From an uncultured Bacteroidia bacterium (lineage in GTDB: Bacteria; Bacteroidota; Bacteroidia; JANWVE01), in contig CALIZB010000045.1 in assembly GCA_938028625.1 (NCBI GenBank), positions 192-64,191 on the forward strand: a stretch of 64,000 bases of DNA, given 5' to 3'. Shown one piece after another: positions 29,404 through 40,191 of this stretch (position 1 is the first letter of the stretch; the number at the start of each line of letters is the position of its first letter). Under the pieces are notes generated by a model. It was given only the letters and a program-made list of their open reading frames with translations. It searched no databases and was not told the origin of the DNA. The translations under genes and the position numbers were made by a program.

Positions 29404-31797
29404 CTATTGTGTGATTATTTTTTGTGCATAAACTTTTTCCTGTGTGCGTGCTACAATGATGTACATACCCTTGGCTAAATGACCAAGATTAAGCGTTTCC
29501 ACTACATTATCTTGAATGATATTTTGCGGAACTTTGCTGTATACTTTCTGCCCTTTTATATCCAATACTTCAATGGTAGAATTTTGGGAGTAAGCAGCAC
29601 TATACTGTACAATAAAACTACCTTCACTAACCGTAGGATATACAAACACATTTTCGTTTATATCAAAGCACTGTACCTGAACAGGAGCAAAATACTGATG
29701 TTGTCCGTTTTTGTTGATGTTTTTTAAGCGATAATAATAATCTATTCCTTTTTTAGCCGTTTTATCTGTGTATTCATACTGTTGCACTGATGTGGTTGTA
29801 CCTGCACCGTTAAGAGTTGCAATAGTTTCCCAAGTTACTTCTACGCTTCCTGTGGGTACAAAACCGCGTTCTAATACAAATTTTTCATTTTCTTTTTCGC
29901 TTTCTGTATTCCATTGAATAACAACATGGTCATTAGGTAAGCATTGTGCATTAAAATTAAGCAGTTTTACAGGTAAAACTACACAAGGTATGCTCACTCT
30001 CGCGCCTGTCGTTATGGCTACCGAAGCTACAAAACCATTACCACAAGCTACTACTTCATTACTTGCAGGATTTATAGCTACATCATATACTACATTTGCA
30101 GTAGCTGCAGAGGACACTAAACCCAGAGCAGAGTTAAACTTATATACTCCTGTACTTGAACCCACGTAGATATTTCCGAGTGCGTCTGCATCTAAACCGC
30201 TATTATTGGGAGATATCCCGTCAAAAGAAGTAGTATGACTACCCCCAGGTATGACTACCGAACCTAATACGCCCCCACCAAAATTTCTCTTATGTAAAGT
30301 AGAACCACTACGAGTGTATAAAAAGTTGCCGTCTGAAATCATACCGCTAAAACCCATATTGCCATCTATGGAATAAGTTGGAGTACTATAAGAAAAGTTA
30401 TAGATATTCACGTCCTTATAGTTTAAGGTCATACCTGAACTCATTTCACCAATAGAGTCTAATGTAGAAAAGGCAAAGTTGTTACCTGGTGTAGCGCAAA
30501 GCGTTCTTACTTCTTTAATTTTTGGTAATGCTGTCCAGCCTACGGGTAGAAAACTAAGTACAGCACCTGAACTCATATTGAGATTTATCATTACACCGCG
30601 ATAGTTACTTAAAGAAAAAGGATTAGGGGCACGCATACCTCCACAAACTAATTGGGTATAATCACAATTAAAGTCTAATTTCCAGTATTCATATAAAGGT
30701 CCGAATGCACCATTAGGATTATTAAACCATACCGATGCTCCTGCTGTACTAATACAGCGAATTTGTCCATTAGAACCCGAAGTAATATAACTAACCCCCG
30801 TATTCGGATTAGTTCTCAATGTGCCTAACCAAAAATTTGCGGTATCCCAGGTAGTGTTATAAGTCCAAAGTAAAACTCCTGCGGAAGTATATTTACGTAA
30901 GCGCAAAGGTGTATCTCCTCCGTATGCATATACGTTTCCTGTATTATCGGTTTCTATTTCCCAAACTCTGTTAGAGTTACTGAATGAAGGCGCAATAGAC
31001 CATGGGTCCAATATGATAGTTTCAGTAACATTGTATGGGTCTAATTCAAAGGTTAGCAAATTTGAACTTAATTTTTTGAACCTTGAACCTATGGTCAGCC
31101 CAGAGTTATTGTGATAATATGTATGTGGTGCATAATCAATAATATCGCCGTACATGGTGGTATAATGCAAATTCCCGCTTGCATCAATACTGGGTGAGAC
31201 ATTGCTCTCTACTTTCATCTGAATAAGATTAGGATTAGAACCTGGATGCAGAATAAAACTGTACTTGAACCCTTTACTAGGGTGAATGGTATATTCCAAA
31301 TCAGTATTAGGATAAATGTTTTTATACAGCAGTTTTTTGTATCCTTTAATGTAGTTTGCAGGTTTAAGTTCTCCATTTACATTTACAGTATAGTTTGAGT
31401 AGTCTTGAGCAAGGTCTAATGGTATAATTTGTACGTTAGGATTTGCGTTCAGCCATTTTATGCAAACAGTTTCTGTAATAACATTGAGTTTAATATTCTG
31501 CATGCGAAGACGCATTTCATATTCAGGACCGCTTTCATTTTCTTTACGAATATGTTGAGGTGTTTTTTCCACTTTATCTAAACAATAGATAAAAGCGTCA
31601 TGGGTAAAAAGCACTTGCATTCTTCCTTCATCTATGGCATACGGTACAGGTACGTTCTTATACTGATTTTTACCTTGAAATTGTCCGATATTTTCTATAA
31701 AACGGGCGTGATTCTGGTCTAACCAGTTCACTAAACCGCTTTGAGCAAGACTTTGTACAACAAGAAATAATACAATACAGGTAAATATACTTTTCAT
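29404..31797 (-). CDS. T9SS type-A cargo protein with N-terminal 'FIENIGQ...LDP' domain and beta-propeller
   Basis: Signal peptide; 'FIENIGQ', 'YKNIYPNTDL', 'KYSFILHPG'; 'LPVKLLNF' Ig-like domain; CTD 'VYPT...LAKGMYII...KII'. Confidence 0.85.
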   Translation of the reverse strand: MKSIFTCIVLFLVVQSLAQSGLVNWLDQNHARFIENIGQFQGKNQYKNVPVPYAIDEGRMQVLFTHDAFIYCLDKVEKTPQHIRKENESGPEYEMRLRMQNIKLNVITETVCIKWLNANPNVQIIPLDLAQDYSNYTVNVNGELKPANYIKGYKKLLYKNIYPNTDLEYTIHPSKGFKYSFILHPGSNPNLIQMKVESNVSPSIDASGNLHYTTMYGDIIDYAPHTYYHNNSGLTIGSRFKKLSSNLLTFELDPYNVTETIILDPWSIAPSFSNSNRVWEIETDNTGNVYAYGGDTPLRLRKYTSAGVLLWTYNTTWDTANFWLGTLRTNPNTGVSYITSGSNGQIRCISTAGASVWFNNPNGAFGPLYEYWKLDFNCDYTQLVCGGMRAPNPFSLSNYRGVMINLNMSSGAVLSFLPVGWTALPKIKEVRTLCATPGNNFAFSTLDSIGEMSSGMTLNYKDVNIYNFSYSTPTYSIDGNMGFSGMISDGNFLYTRSGSTLHKRNFGGGVLGSVVIPGGSHTTSFDGISPNNSGLDADALGNIYVGSSTGVYKFNSALGLVSSAATANVVYDVAINPASNEVVACGNGFVASVAITTGARVSIPCVVLPVKLLNFNAQCLPNDHVVIQWNTESEKENEKFVLERGFVPTGSVEVTWETIATLNGAGTTTSVQQYEYTDKTAKKGIDYYYRLKNINKNGQHQYFAPVQVQCFDINENVFVYPTVSEGSFIVQYSAAYSQNSTIEVLDIKGQKVYSKVPQNIIQDNVVETLNLGHLAKGMYIIVARTQEKVYAQKIITQ

Positions 31798-31842
31798 GGC
31801 AATTTTAATTTTATGTTAGTGCAAAATAAAAAAGAAGTAAAT

Positions 31843-31884
31843 AAAAAAACAGTAGGGCTACCCCCTCAAAAGAAAGTAGCCCAT
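31843..31884 (-). terminator. Intrinsic terminator for the SBBP-repeat gene
   Basis: Minus strand GGGCTAC-tttcttttgagggg-GTAGCCC, then actg and T7. Confidence 0.7.
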
Positions 31885-31907
31885 ATACATAAACAGAATA
31901 AATGTTG

Positions 31908-34676
31908 TTATTGAATTACAACAGGAGAATAGAACACCTGTGCGTTTGAAGTATTAACGTATAAGATATAAGCACCTTTGGAAGTATTTTCTGCAAATTG
32001 TAAGAACAGTTTTCCGCTGCTCACTTGAACCGTATGAACTTCTGCTACTGCTCCTTTGCTGTCTATCAAAGTGCAGGTGGCTGTACCTGTATAGTTTGAA
32101 GACAAGGTAACATTACATCTTTCCTTTATAGGATTAGGATAAACCCACATTTCACCATTGGCTTTTGGTTTGTAATCCAGTTCTACAACGTTACTATAAG
32201 CTACACGCCCGTCTTTACTAATTGCCTGTATGCGGTAAAGGTTTGTACCCACCTGAATATCCTGCGTGGCAAAAGAATACTGGTTGTTTCCGTTATATAA
32301 TACTTGAGATACTTTCTGCGGGGCGTTGTTTTTGAGTTTTTCCACTACAAAATAATTGATTTCTGTATTTTGCTCTACCTCCCAAGATAAAATATGAGTA
32401 TTATCTTGATTTATGCCACGTAAAATAAACTTTTGTAAAGGTAAAGGTCCGCAAGGGGGTGCATTTCCTACTTTTAACAAGTATCCATCATCACCGCCAT
32501 TGGCAGTACCATCAAAATAGGCTGTGCCGCCAGGGTTTACAGTGGGAATATTTGTAGAAGTACCATGCAGACAGGCATAAAAGTTACCAGAAGCATCACA
32601 GACAGCGAAGTTTCCGCTTGTAAACATGTGGTCATGTCCATTGCCCCCAAAATAGGTAGACCATGTCATCGCATTTGTAGCACTGAAAGAAGCAATAAGA
32701 TAATCTGCGGGACCTGCATTAGTACCTTGAAAATATGTTCCTCCGCCTGGGTTAAACAAGGGTACGCTTGCAGTGCTTTCTGCACCTCCTGCTATGTAAA
32801 TATTTCCCGCAAAATCGGTAGCTATACCTACTCCGCAGTGTTCTGTGCTGTTACCACCGTAGTAGGTTGCCCACAAACGCACCCCTGTATTGCTGAATCT
32901 AAGAATAACATAATCGGTCATGTCATATTGGGTACCTGAGTAGAATGCGCCTCCACCTGGGTTGAAGGTAGGCATAGTACTAGCGCCTTGTGTAAGCCCT
33001 ATGGCGCAAAGGTTATTGTTACCATCAACACTTACACTCATACCTATAAACTCATTAGCACTTCCTCCATAATAAGTAGCCCACTGTCTAACTCCTGCAT
33101 TGTTAAATTTAAGAAATACAAAATCTCCGCTTCCTCCATTAGTACCTTGAAAATACGCTCCTCCGCCAGGATTAAGTGTAGGAAAGTTTGTAGAGCTAGT
33201 AAATCCGCCGATAAACAAATTTCCTGACGCATCAGTATCTGCACCAAGTCCCCAGCTTTCTGTACCTGAACCGCCATAATAAGTAGACCAAGTCATAGCC
33301 ATAGTGGCACTGAATTTTACAATAACCATATCCTGACCACCAGCATTTGTGCCCTGAAAATACACGCCTCCGCCAGGGTTGACTACGGGAAAGTTTGTAG
33401 AACTGGTATGTCCTACTACAAACACATTGTTTGCACCGTCAGTGCATACACTTGCGCCATAAGCATACCCCGAGTCTGAACCTGAACCTCCAAGATAAGT
33501 AGCATGTATTCTTACTCCTGAACTATTGAATTTTATCACACCCATATCATTACCTCCTGCATTAGTTGCCTGATAATAAGCCCCACCTCCTGCATTAAGC
33601 ACAGGCATATTTGTAGAGTTGGTAGGAATAAGTGCGATTACATTATTCATACGGTCAGTCGTAATATCAAAACCGTAGTAGTTTGAACCTTCTGTACCTG
33701 TACCTCCGTAGTAAGTAGCCCATAAACGGGTAGCATTAAAATCAAATTTTACGATGAGTGCGTCGCTTGTTCCTGATAAAGTACCCTGAAAATAAGCACC
33801 CCCGCCCGGATTAAGTGTAGGAAAGTTTGTAGATTGAGTGTATCCAATCATTACTATATTGCATAATTCATCAGCATCTATGTTGTTAAATTGGTCTAAT
33901 CCAGAGCCTCCGTAATAAGTACTCCATGACAAAGGAGGGTCTATAACCAAAGTCTGTGCAGGATTATAGCTTGCAATATTAAAAGAAAAAACACTGTCCT
34001 GCTTATGGTAGCTTACTGCAACAGCATTAGTGCCTGTATAGGCTTTTGGAGTATTTTCTGTAACATATCCCAAAGGGGTCTGAAATTTTATTTCGGTACT
34101 GTTATGGGATATGTCTGCCCATTTGTAATACCATTTGATAAGATTAGGATTTCCTCCTGGTCTGACAATAAAGTCGTATTTCAAGTGTCCTTCTGTGTCA
34201 AAATAAATAACCCAGTCTATGTGAGGATATACTTCACTGAAAGTGATTTTTTTGTAGGAACTTACCTGTTCTATCCCATTCGGACAGTGTGCATAATAAT
34301 AATTGTATTTAGTAATCTGAGGTTCTTTATACTGCATATTGGCTTTGGAAAGGTTTGCGCCTATGAGGCACATGTCCACTCTCGCAAAATTCAGGTCAGG
34401 TATTTTAGAGTCCTGCATAAAGGGGTTATGAAGCGGGTCTTGGTCTTTGTTTGTCGCCTGCTGATGCAGAAATACATAACTGATTCCTTGTTGCGTAAGG
34501 TAAACGTCTATTCCTTTGGCTGAGGACTTTGCCAACACAAAAGGTATAGCTTCCTGATTTGAACCTACAAACTGCCCTAAATTTTCTATAAAGGCTTGTG
34601 TAGTGTTGTCTGCATTTGAAAACCTCAATACGGTTATCAATACACTGAATAATAAAAAACGTTTCGTACGCTGTAT
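31908..34676 (-). CDS. SBBP-repeat beta-propeller T9SS cargo protein; no canonical start codon (ATA at 34676)
   Basis: 'FIENLGQ...IDP' N-domain; seven '(W/H)(S/A)TY(Y/L/F)GG' repeats; CTD 'VYPNP...GAYIL'. Confidence 0.8.
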   Translation of the reverse strand: MQRTKRFLLFSVLITVLRFSNADNTTQAFIENLGQFVGSNQEAIPFVLAKSSAKGIDVYLTQQGISYVFLHQQATNKDQDPLHNPFMQDSKIPDLNFARVDMCLIGANLSKANMQYKEPQITKYNYYYAHCPNGIEQVSSYKKITFSEVYPHIDWVIYFDTEGHLKYDFIVRPGGNPNLIKWYYKWADISHNSTEIKFQTPLGYVTENTPKAYTGTNAVAVSYHKQDSVFSFNIASYNPAQTLVIDPPLSWSTYYGGSGLDQFNNIDADELCNIVMIGYTQSTNFPTLNPGGGAYFQGTLSGTSDALIVKFDFNATRLWATYYGGTGTEGSNYYGFDITTDRMNNVIALIPTNSTNMPVLNAGGGAYYQATNAGGNDMGVIKFNSSGVRIHATYLGGSGSDSGYAYGASVCTDGANNVFVVGHTSSTNFPVVNPGGGVYFQGTNAGGQDMVIVKFSATMAMTWSTYYGGSGTESWGLGADTDASGNLFIGGFTSSTNFPTLNPGGGAYFQGTNGGSGDFVFLKFNNAGVRQWATYYGGSANEFIGMSVSVDGNNNLCAIGLTQGASTMPTFNPGGGAFYSGTQYDMTDYVILRFSNTGVRLWATYYGGNSTEHCGVGIATDFAGNIYIAGGAESTASVPLFNPGGGTYFQGTNAGPADYLIASFSATNAMTWSTYFGGNGHDHMFTSGNFAVCDASGNFYACLHGTSTNIPTVNPGGTAYFDGTANGGDDGYLLKVGNAPPCGPLPLQKFILRGINQDNTHILSWEVEQNTEINYFVVEKLKNNAPQKVSQVLYNGNNQYSFATQDIQVGTNLYRIQAISKDGRVAYSNVVELDYKPKANGEMWVYPNPIKERCNVTLSSNYTGTATCTLIDSKGAVAEVHTVQVSSGKLFLQFAENTSKGAYILYVNTSNAQVFYSPVVIQ

Positions 34677-34839
34677 AGTAATAATATTACACAAATATAC
34701 TCAAACTTATGTTACATACAAAAAATTTATACTTCAATTTATCATTTTTATCTATTTTGTCTTCTTCAAAACAAAGACAACTATTCGTTTTTGAAACATG
34801 CAGACAGGTTCAGGATTAAATTTTACTTTACTTTGCGGT

Positions 34840-36264
34840 ATGAATAAACTTGTGTGGATTTTTCGGGCAGTTACCGTACTGATTGTTTTGCTGTTTTGTT
34901 TTTGGAATTTAGGAAAGAATCCCCTTAATGAATTTGACGAAGCAAGATATGGTGTGAATGCTTTTGAAATGATGCAAAACGGTGATTATATCAATCTTTA
35001 CTTTGGTCAAAAACCTGATACTTGGGTATTTAGACCACCCCTTTGGAGTTGGTGTATTATTATCAGCTATAAAATTTTTGGATATAATGCATGGGCTTTG
35101 CGTTTTCCTGCGGCACTTTGTACACTGGGATATTTTTTCTTTACATACAGGTGGATAAAACTGTACAGAAGTGAGTTTTTTGCATTGTGCGTTGTAGTTT
35201 TATTAGCTATCAGTAAAGGAATTACAGGTTTTCATGTAAGCCGTAGTGCAGACATGGACGCTATTTTATTACTTGGGTTAAGTGTTTTTTTATATTATTT
35301 CTCAAAGTTTTTACAAGAATATACGTCTAGAAATGCTATTTTATCAGGAATAGGCTTACTTATTGCGTTTTATACCAAAACTACTGCTTCTTTATTGTTT
35401 TTACCTGGTATAGTGTTATTTTTAATCATAGAAAAAGAACTCAAAACAGTTCTTCAAAAAAGAAATACATGGATAGGATTGAGTGTATACGTTGGAGGTA
35501 TATTGCTTTGGTTTATTATAGTCCAATTATTTGGAAACAAAGAAATTCACAACGAATATGATAACAATAAAAAGAGTAATGTATGGTCTCAAATGATTAT
35601 CTATGATACATGGAAACGTTTTACGGCTTCTGAATTTGACGGACATCCTGTACCTAAAAATTATGCTTTTTTTATAGAAAATATAGACTCTGTATTCAAT
35701 CCATGGAATTATGTTTTTTATCTTGCTTTGCTTTGGGTGCTTATTCAGTACGTACAAAAAAAACGAAATAAACAACCTTACAAACTGGATACTCTCTTAA
35801 AGTACTCTATATGCATTGCTATACCTATAATTGTTTTGCTTACTTTTGGAAGGCATAAATTACATTGGTATTCTGCTCCTGTATTAGTATTTTTGGCAGT
35901 ATGGGTAGTAGAGTTCTTGTTTTATATACATACCTTCCATCGTTTTGCATGGGTAATTACTGTATTGCTTTTCAGTGTATTCGGAACAGTGCATTTTGTC
36001 AAAGATATTCTCAATGTAGAAAAAAATATTCTTAGCTACCCTTACGATACTCAGAAAGAATGGATTTTTTTAGATATTGTACCCGCCCATATTCTTTTGC
36101 ACACCTTGTGGAACGGAAATGCCACACATTATTCCAGAAGTATTAAAAACCCTCCGCTTATGAAAAATGTGTATTATGTTACCAATACTGTTATGGACAG
36201 TACATTCTTTACTTTCATACATCAGGACAAAAGGCACAGAGTGTATGTATTAAGGCAAAAATGA
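34840..36264 (+). CDS. ArnT/PMT-family glycosyltransferase
   Basis: 'FDEARY..NAFEM', 'RPPLW', 'ALRFPAAL', 'SRSADMD', 'KLHWY'. Confidence 0.85.
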   Translation: MNKLVWIFRAVTVLIVLLFCFWNLGKNPLNEFDEARYGVNAFEMMQNGDYINLYFGQKPDTWVFRPPLWSWCIIISYKIFGYNAWALRFPAALCTLGYFFFTYRWIKLYRSEFFALCVVVLLAISKGITGFHVSRSADMDAILLLGLSVFLYYFSKFLQEYTSRNAILSGIGLLIAFYTKTTASLLFLPGIVLFLIIEKELKTVLQKRNTWIGLSVYVGGILLWFIIVQLFGNKEIHNEYDNNKKSNVWSQMIIYDTWKRFTASEFDGHPVPKNYAFFIENIDSVFNPWNYVFYLALLWVLIQYVQKKRNKQPYKLDTLLKYSICIAIPIIVLLTFGRHKLHWYSAPVLVFLAVWVVEFLFYIHTFHRFAWVITVLLFSVFGTVHFVKDILNVEKNILSYPYDTQKEWIFLDIVPAHILLHTLWNGNATHYSRSIKNPPLMKNVYYVTNTVMDSTFFTFIHQDKRHRVYVLRQK

Positions 36265-36319
36265 TACTATTTTTCAGGTTATTTTTTGCAAAAAAGTATA
36301 ATTATAGTAATTTTGAGGA

Positions 36320-37048
36320 GTGAAAGATAAATTTAATTCTGCCAAAAAAGTAGAGGCTTTTGATTTTATTATTATGAATGAATACTTTAAGAATGGCTTT
36401 GGTGCATTGGGAAAAGGAGATATTGACCTTATTTTTTATCATGCACTTACACAGTACGGTAACATTAATGAATCTCATAAAACAGACTATGAACGGAGTA
36501 AAATGCTATAGATTACATAGGCAAGAGTGCACAGTCTGAAAATCAAACAAGGACCTAAATATGCCCCTATGGACAAACAGGCTGTTCAGGAAGTGTTTCT
36601 GGAAAAAGCCCAGTTTGCAAGATTAGAAGAAGACGGTAAACGTATTTCTATTCCTGTGTATGACCCCAATGTATTTATTGAACTGGAACACCTGATAGAA
36701 AGTCAGAACGGGTATGTGGAAGTACAACTTAACCCCAAGATACTTACAGTCCGTATAGACCAGTTTATTGGCTTGCTGATATGTTTTCATGCCATAGAAA
36801 CTAATAAGGAAGTAAAAACGGTTCAGCAGGAATATATAAAAAGTATTCAGGAAGTTGTAAAAAGAGAAAAGAAATTTAGTGAGAAATTAGAAATCAAAGA
36901 AAGCAGTTTCTCCTTTAAGCAGATTCAGAAAAATCTGTTGGAAAACGGAGTTGAATTTGGTCTAGAATTACTCGTAGAAGCTATACCTGGCGGAGGTATG
37001 GCAAAAAAAGTTACTGAAACCCTGTTCAAATTACTGTTTAAAAAATAA
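36320..37048 (+). pseudogene. Hypothetical gene interrupted by two in-frame TAG codons
   Basis: ORFs 36320..36511 and 36527..37048 share a frame. The junction reads ML*IT*ARVHSLK (TAG at 36509 and 36518). Confidence 0.75.
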
Positions 37049-37062
37049 AAATCATTAAAAAC

Positions 37063-38726
37063 ATGAAACGTGTTCTTTCGGTATTGCTTATCTTGATACA
37101 AATGACCTTTTATGCAAATTATCTCTTTGCTCAGGCGTGGCAGTCATGCAGGGATAGTGCAGAGTATTACAACCGAAAAAATGAGTACAATAAAACGATT
37201 TTTTGGTACAGCAAAGCTATAAAAAAAGCAGAACAATCCCTTTCTCCCAAAGATACAGTGTTAATGCATCTTAATTATACTGCAGGAACGTTTTATATGG
37301 CACTAGGAGATAAAATAAAAGCAGAAAAATGTTTTACAATTAGTGCTAATATAGCTAAACAAAATTTTGGAGAAAATCATACTATATATGCAAAAAGTCT
37401 TAATGAAATAGGACATGCCCAAGCTATGCAAGGAAACTATTCTGTGGCAGAGAAAACTTTTCTCTCTTCTATGGAGATATTTATGGCTAAGCAAGATAAT
37501 ACTTCATTAGAATACGCTGATTTGCAAGCATACAGAGCTTCTATGTATAGGTATAAAAATGAGTATCATCTCTCTGAACCTTTATTTAGAGAGGCTATTT
37601 CTATTTATAAGGAGTACATGAATAAAAATCCTGAACATAATTACGATAAGTATTGTAATAATTTATGTGGACTGGGGCTTATCTATCAAGATATGGGATA
37701 TTTTGACCCTTTACCTAAAATATGGCAAGAACTTTTAGATATTTTTCAAAATAAACCGCATGAAATAGCAAATTATGGAGTTATTACAAATAATTATGCC
37801 TTAATGTATCACTCTCAAGAAAATTATAAAGAAGCTATCTCGTATTATAAGAAAGCTATTGAAATTCAGATAAAACTTGACGGTAAAGAAAACGATAATT
37901 ACGCAGCTTATATCAATAATCTTGCAGGGTGTTATCATAAACTCGGATATCTCAGACAATCTGATAGTTTATTACAAGAATGCCTTGCTATATATGAAAA
38001 ATTAGTAGGCAAAGACCATTATGACTATGTTGAAACCACCTATAATATATCAAATCTTCATTTAGATATGGGTAATACAACTTCTGCCCTACAACTTTTG
38101 CAGGAAACAGAAAAAGTACAGGCTAAAGTATTGGGCAAAAAGCATTTTAGATACATGGCTACTTTAAATACCCTGTCAAATATGTATCTAGTTAATAATA
38201 ATCATAAGGCATCAGATACATTGTTAAGACAAATTTTAGATGCCCGTCTGTATCAGCTTAATACCTTTATGCCTGTATTAAGCGAAAAAGAACGTCAAAT
38301 TTATGGAAAGAATGTAAGAACAGCTTGTAGCAATTTTTACAGCTATGCTATACCTCTTGCTAAAACACAATCCCAGTTCATTGAGGATATGTATAATTAT
38401 CAATTGATGACAAAAGGTATCTTGCTTCGGGCAACCCAAAAACTGAAACAACAAATTTTTAATAGCAAAGATACTGTTCTTATTCATCATTATCAGAAAT
38501 GGATAGCAAACAAAAATTTACTGTTGTAGCAGGGGCAAAAAGTTTAATTGTTTCTTTATGGAAAGTGAACGATGAAGCTACTCAGATTTTAATGACGGCT
38601 TTTTACCAGAACTGGATAGCCAAAAAACAAGATAAATACACAGCTCTGCTCAATGCACAGAAAGAACTATAAAAAAAATATCCTGACCCATACTATTGGG
38701 GAGCATTTATTTTATTGGGCAGGTAG
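37063..38726 (+). pseudogene. TPR-CHAT protein gene with a large internal deletion and a nonsense codon
   Basis: The TPR ORF ends at 38529. A different frame from 38526 reads VAGAKSLIVSLWKVNDEATQILMTAFYQNW...AQKEL*KKYPDPYYWGAFILLGR*, which is the CHAT C-terminus. The catalytic core is absent. Confidence 0.85.
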
Positions 38727-38760
38727 TACAAGCAATGCAAAAAACGTATATTTTTGCACC

Positions 38761-40191
38761 ATGAACTATACAGATTTTGCTACTCTGCATCAAGACCTGA
38801 AATCCCAAAAAATCTCTTGTCAGGAAATACTTCGCTATTATCTCAATAAAATTGAAGCAAATAAACATCTGAACGCATTTTTGGAAATTTTTGAACAAAG
38901 CGCCGTACAAAAAGCACGAGAGATTGATGAAAAAATAAAACAGGGTAAAGAAGTAGGCAGGTTAGCAGGTATGGTAATCGGTATCAAAGATGTATTTGCT
39001 TACAAAGGACACGGGTTAAATGCCTCCTCCAAAATTCTTGGAAATTTCAAGAGTATTTACACAGCTACTTGCGTACAGCGCTTGCTTAATGAAGATGCCA
39101 TTATCATAGGTAGATTGAATTGCGATGAATTTGCTATGGGTTCGTCTAATGAAAATTCAGCTTTTGGTAATGTACTCAATCCTTTGAATACAGAATATGT
39201 TCCTGGTGGTTCGTCAGGAGGTTCTGCTGTGGCTGTAGCCGTAGATTTATGTTGGGCAAGTCTGGGTACAGATACAGGTGGTTCTATTCGTCAGCCTGCT
39301 TCTTTTTGTGGAATAATTGGGTTCAAGCCGTCTTATGGGAGAATTTCTCGTTATGGCATGGTAGCATATGCGTCCTCATTTGACCAAGCAGGAACATTTA
39401 CTAAAAATATAGAAGATGCGGCTTTATTACTTTCTATCATGTCAGGCAGTGATGAGTATGATGCTACAGTATCTGAACGTCCTGTGGAAAATTATACAGA
39501 AGTTATTAAGACCAAACCCGAAAAACTAAAATTTGCCGTACTAAAAGCAACTCTAGAAAATGAAGGGCTTGCCGATTACGTTAAATCTGCTTTTGAAAAC
39601 AAGATAAAAGAATTTGAAAAACAAGGTCATACTATTGAGTACATAGACTTTCCATATCTGGATTATCTTATTCCTACATACTATGTACTTACCACAGCAG
39701 AAGCCTCCTCTAATTTAGCCCGTTATGATGGTATACGTTATGGATACAGAAGCGAGAATATTACTGACAGTGAAACGGCATTAGAACAAACGTATATCAA
39801 AAGCCGCAGTGAAGGTTTTGGTAAAGAAGTTAAACGAAGAATTATGCTCGGTACATTTGTACTCAGTGCAGGATATTATGATGCGTATTACACCAAAGCA
39901 CAAAAAGCCCGTAGGTTAATATATGATTTTCTTAAAAATACTTTTGTACAATATGATGCTATTTTACTTCCTACTACTCCTACTTCTGCATTTAAATTTG
40001 GTGAAAAAACCAAAGACCCTGTGAGTATGTATCTGTCAGATATTTACACGGTTTTAGCTAATCTGGGGGGTAATCCTGCCATTTCTGTTCCTTTGGGCAA
40101 AAATCCAAGTACAGAAATGCCTTTCGGAATACAAATTATTACAGATACTTTTAATGACAGCAAACTATTACAAATTGCAAAATATCTATGA
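38761..40191 (+). CDS. gatA: Asp/Glu-tRNA amidotransferase subunit A
   Basis: 'NCDEFAMGSSNENS', 'PGGSSGGSA', 'LGTDTGGSIRQPA', 'EASSNLARYDGIRYG', 'EVKRRIMLGT'. ATG at 38761. Confidence 0.96.
   Translation: MNYTDFATLHQDLKSQKISCQEILRYYLNKIEANKHLNAFLEIFEQSAVQKAREIDEKIKQGKEVGRLAGMVIGIKDVFAYKGHGLNASSKILGNFKSIYTATCVQRLLNEDAIIIGRLNCDEFAMGSSNENSAFGNVLNPLNTEYVPGGSSGGSAVAVAVDLCWASLGTDTGGSIRQPASFCGIIGFKPSYGRISRYGMVAYASSFDQAGTFTKNIEDAALLLSIMSGSDEYDATVSERPVENYTEVIKTKPEKLKFAVLKATLENEGLADYVKSAFENKIKEFEKQGHTIEYIDFPYLDYLIPTYYVLTTAEASSNLARYDGIRYGYRSENITDSETALEQTYIKSRSEGFGKEVKRRIMLGTFVLSAGYYDAYYTKAQKARRLIYDFLKNTFVQYDAILLPTTPTSAFKFGEKTKDPVSMYLSDIYTVLANLGGNPAISVPLGKNPSTEMPFGIQIITDTFNDSKLLQIAKYL

Noticed and set aside
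32480..33930. Regularly spaced DNA repeats as a CRISPR array or diversity-generating repeats
   Set aside because: They are degenerate in-frame protein repeats (SBBP blades) with synonymous variation. No cas or reverse-transcriptase gene is present.
36509..36520. Genome-wide TAG-to-Gln recoding suggested by the double amber
   Set aside because: TAG ends genes at their expected C-termini elsewhere in the window (ABC permease ALRYE* at 24332, mltG at 43052, T9SS gene at 29404), so it functions as a stop.
38653..38760. N-terminal extension of gatA in the ORF track
   Set aside because: It overlaps the CHAT relic and the -7 promoter element. ATG 38761 fits the GatA N-terminus.
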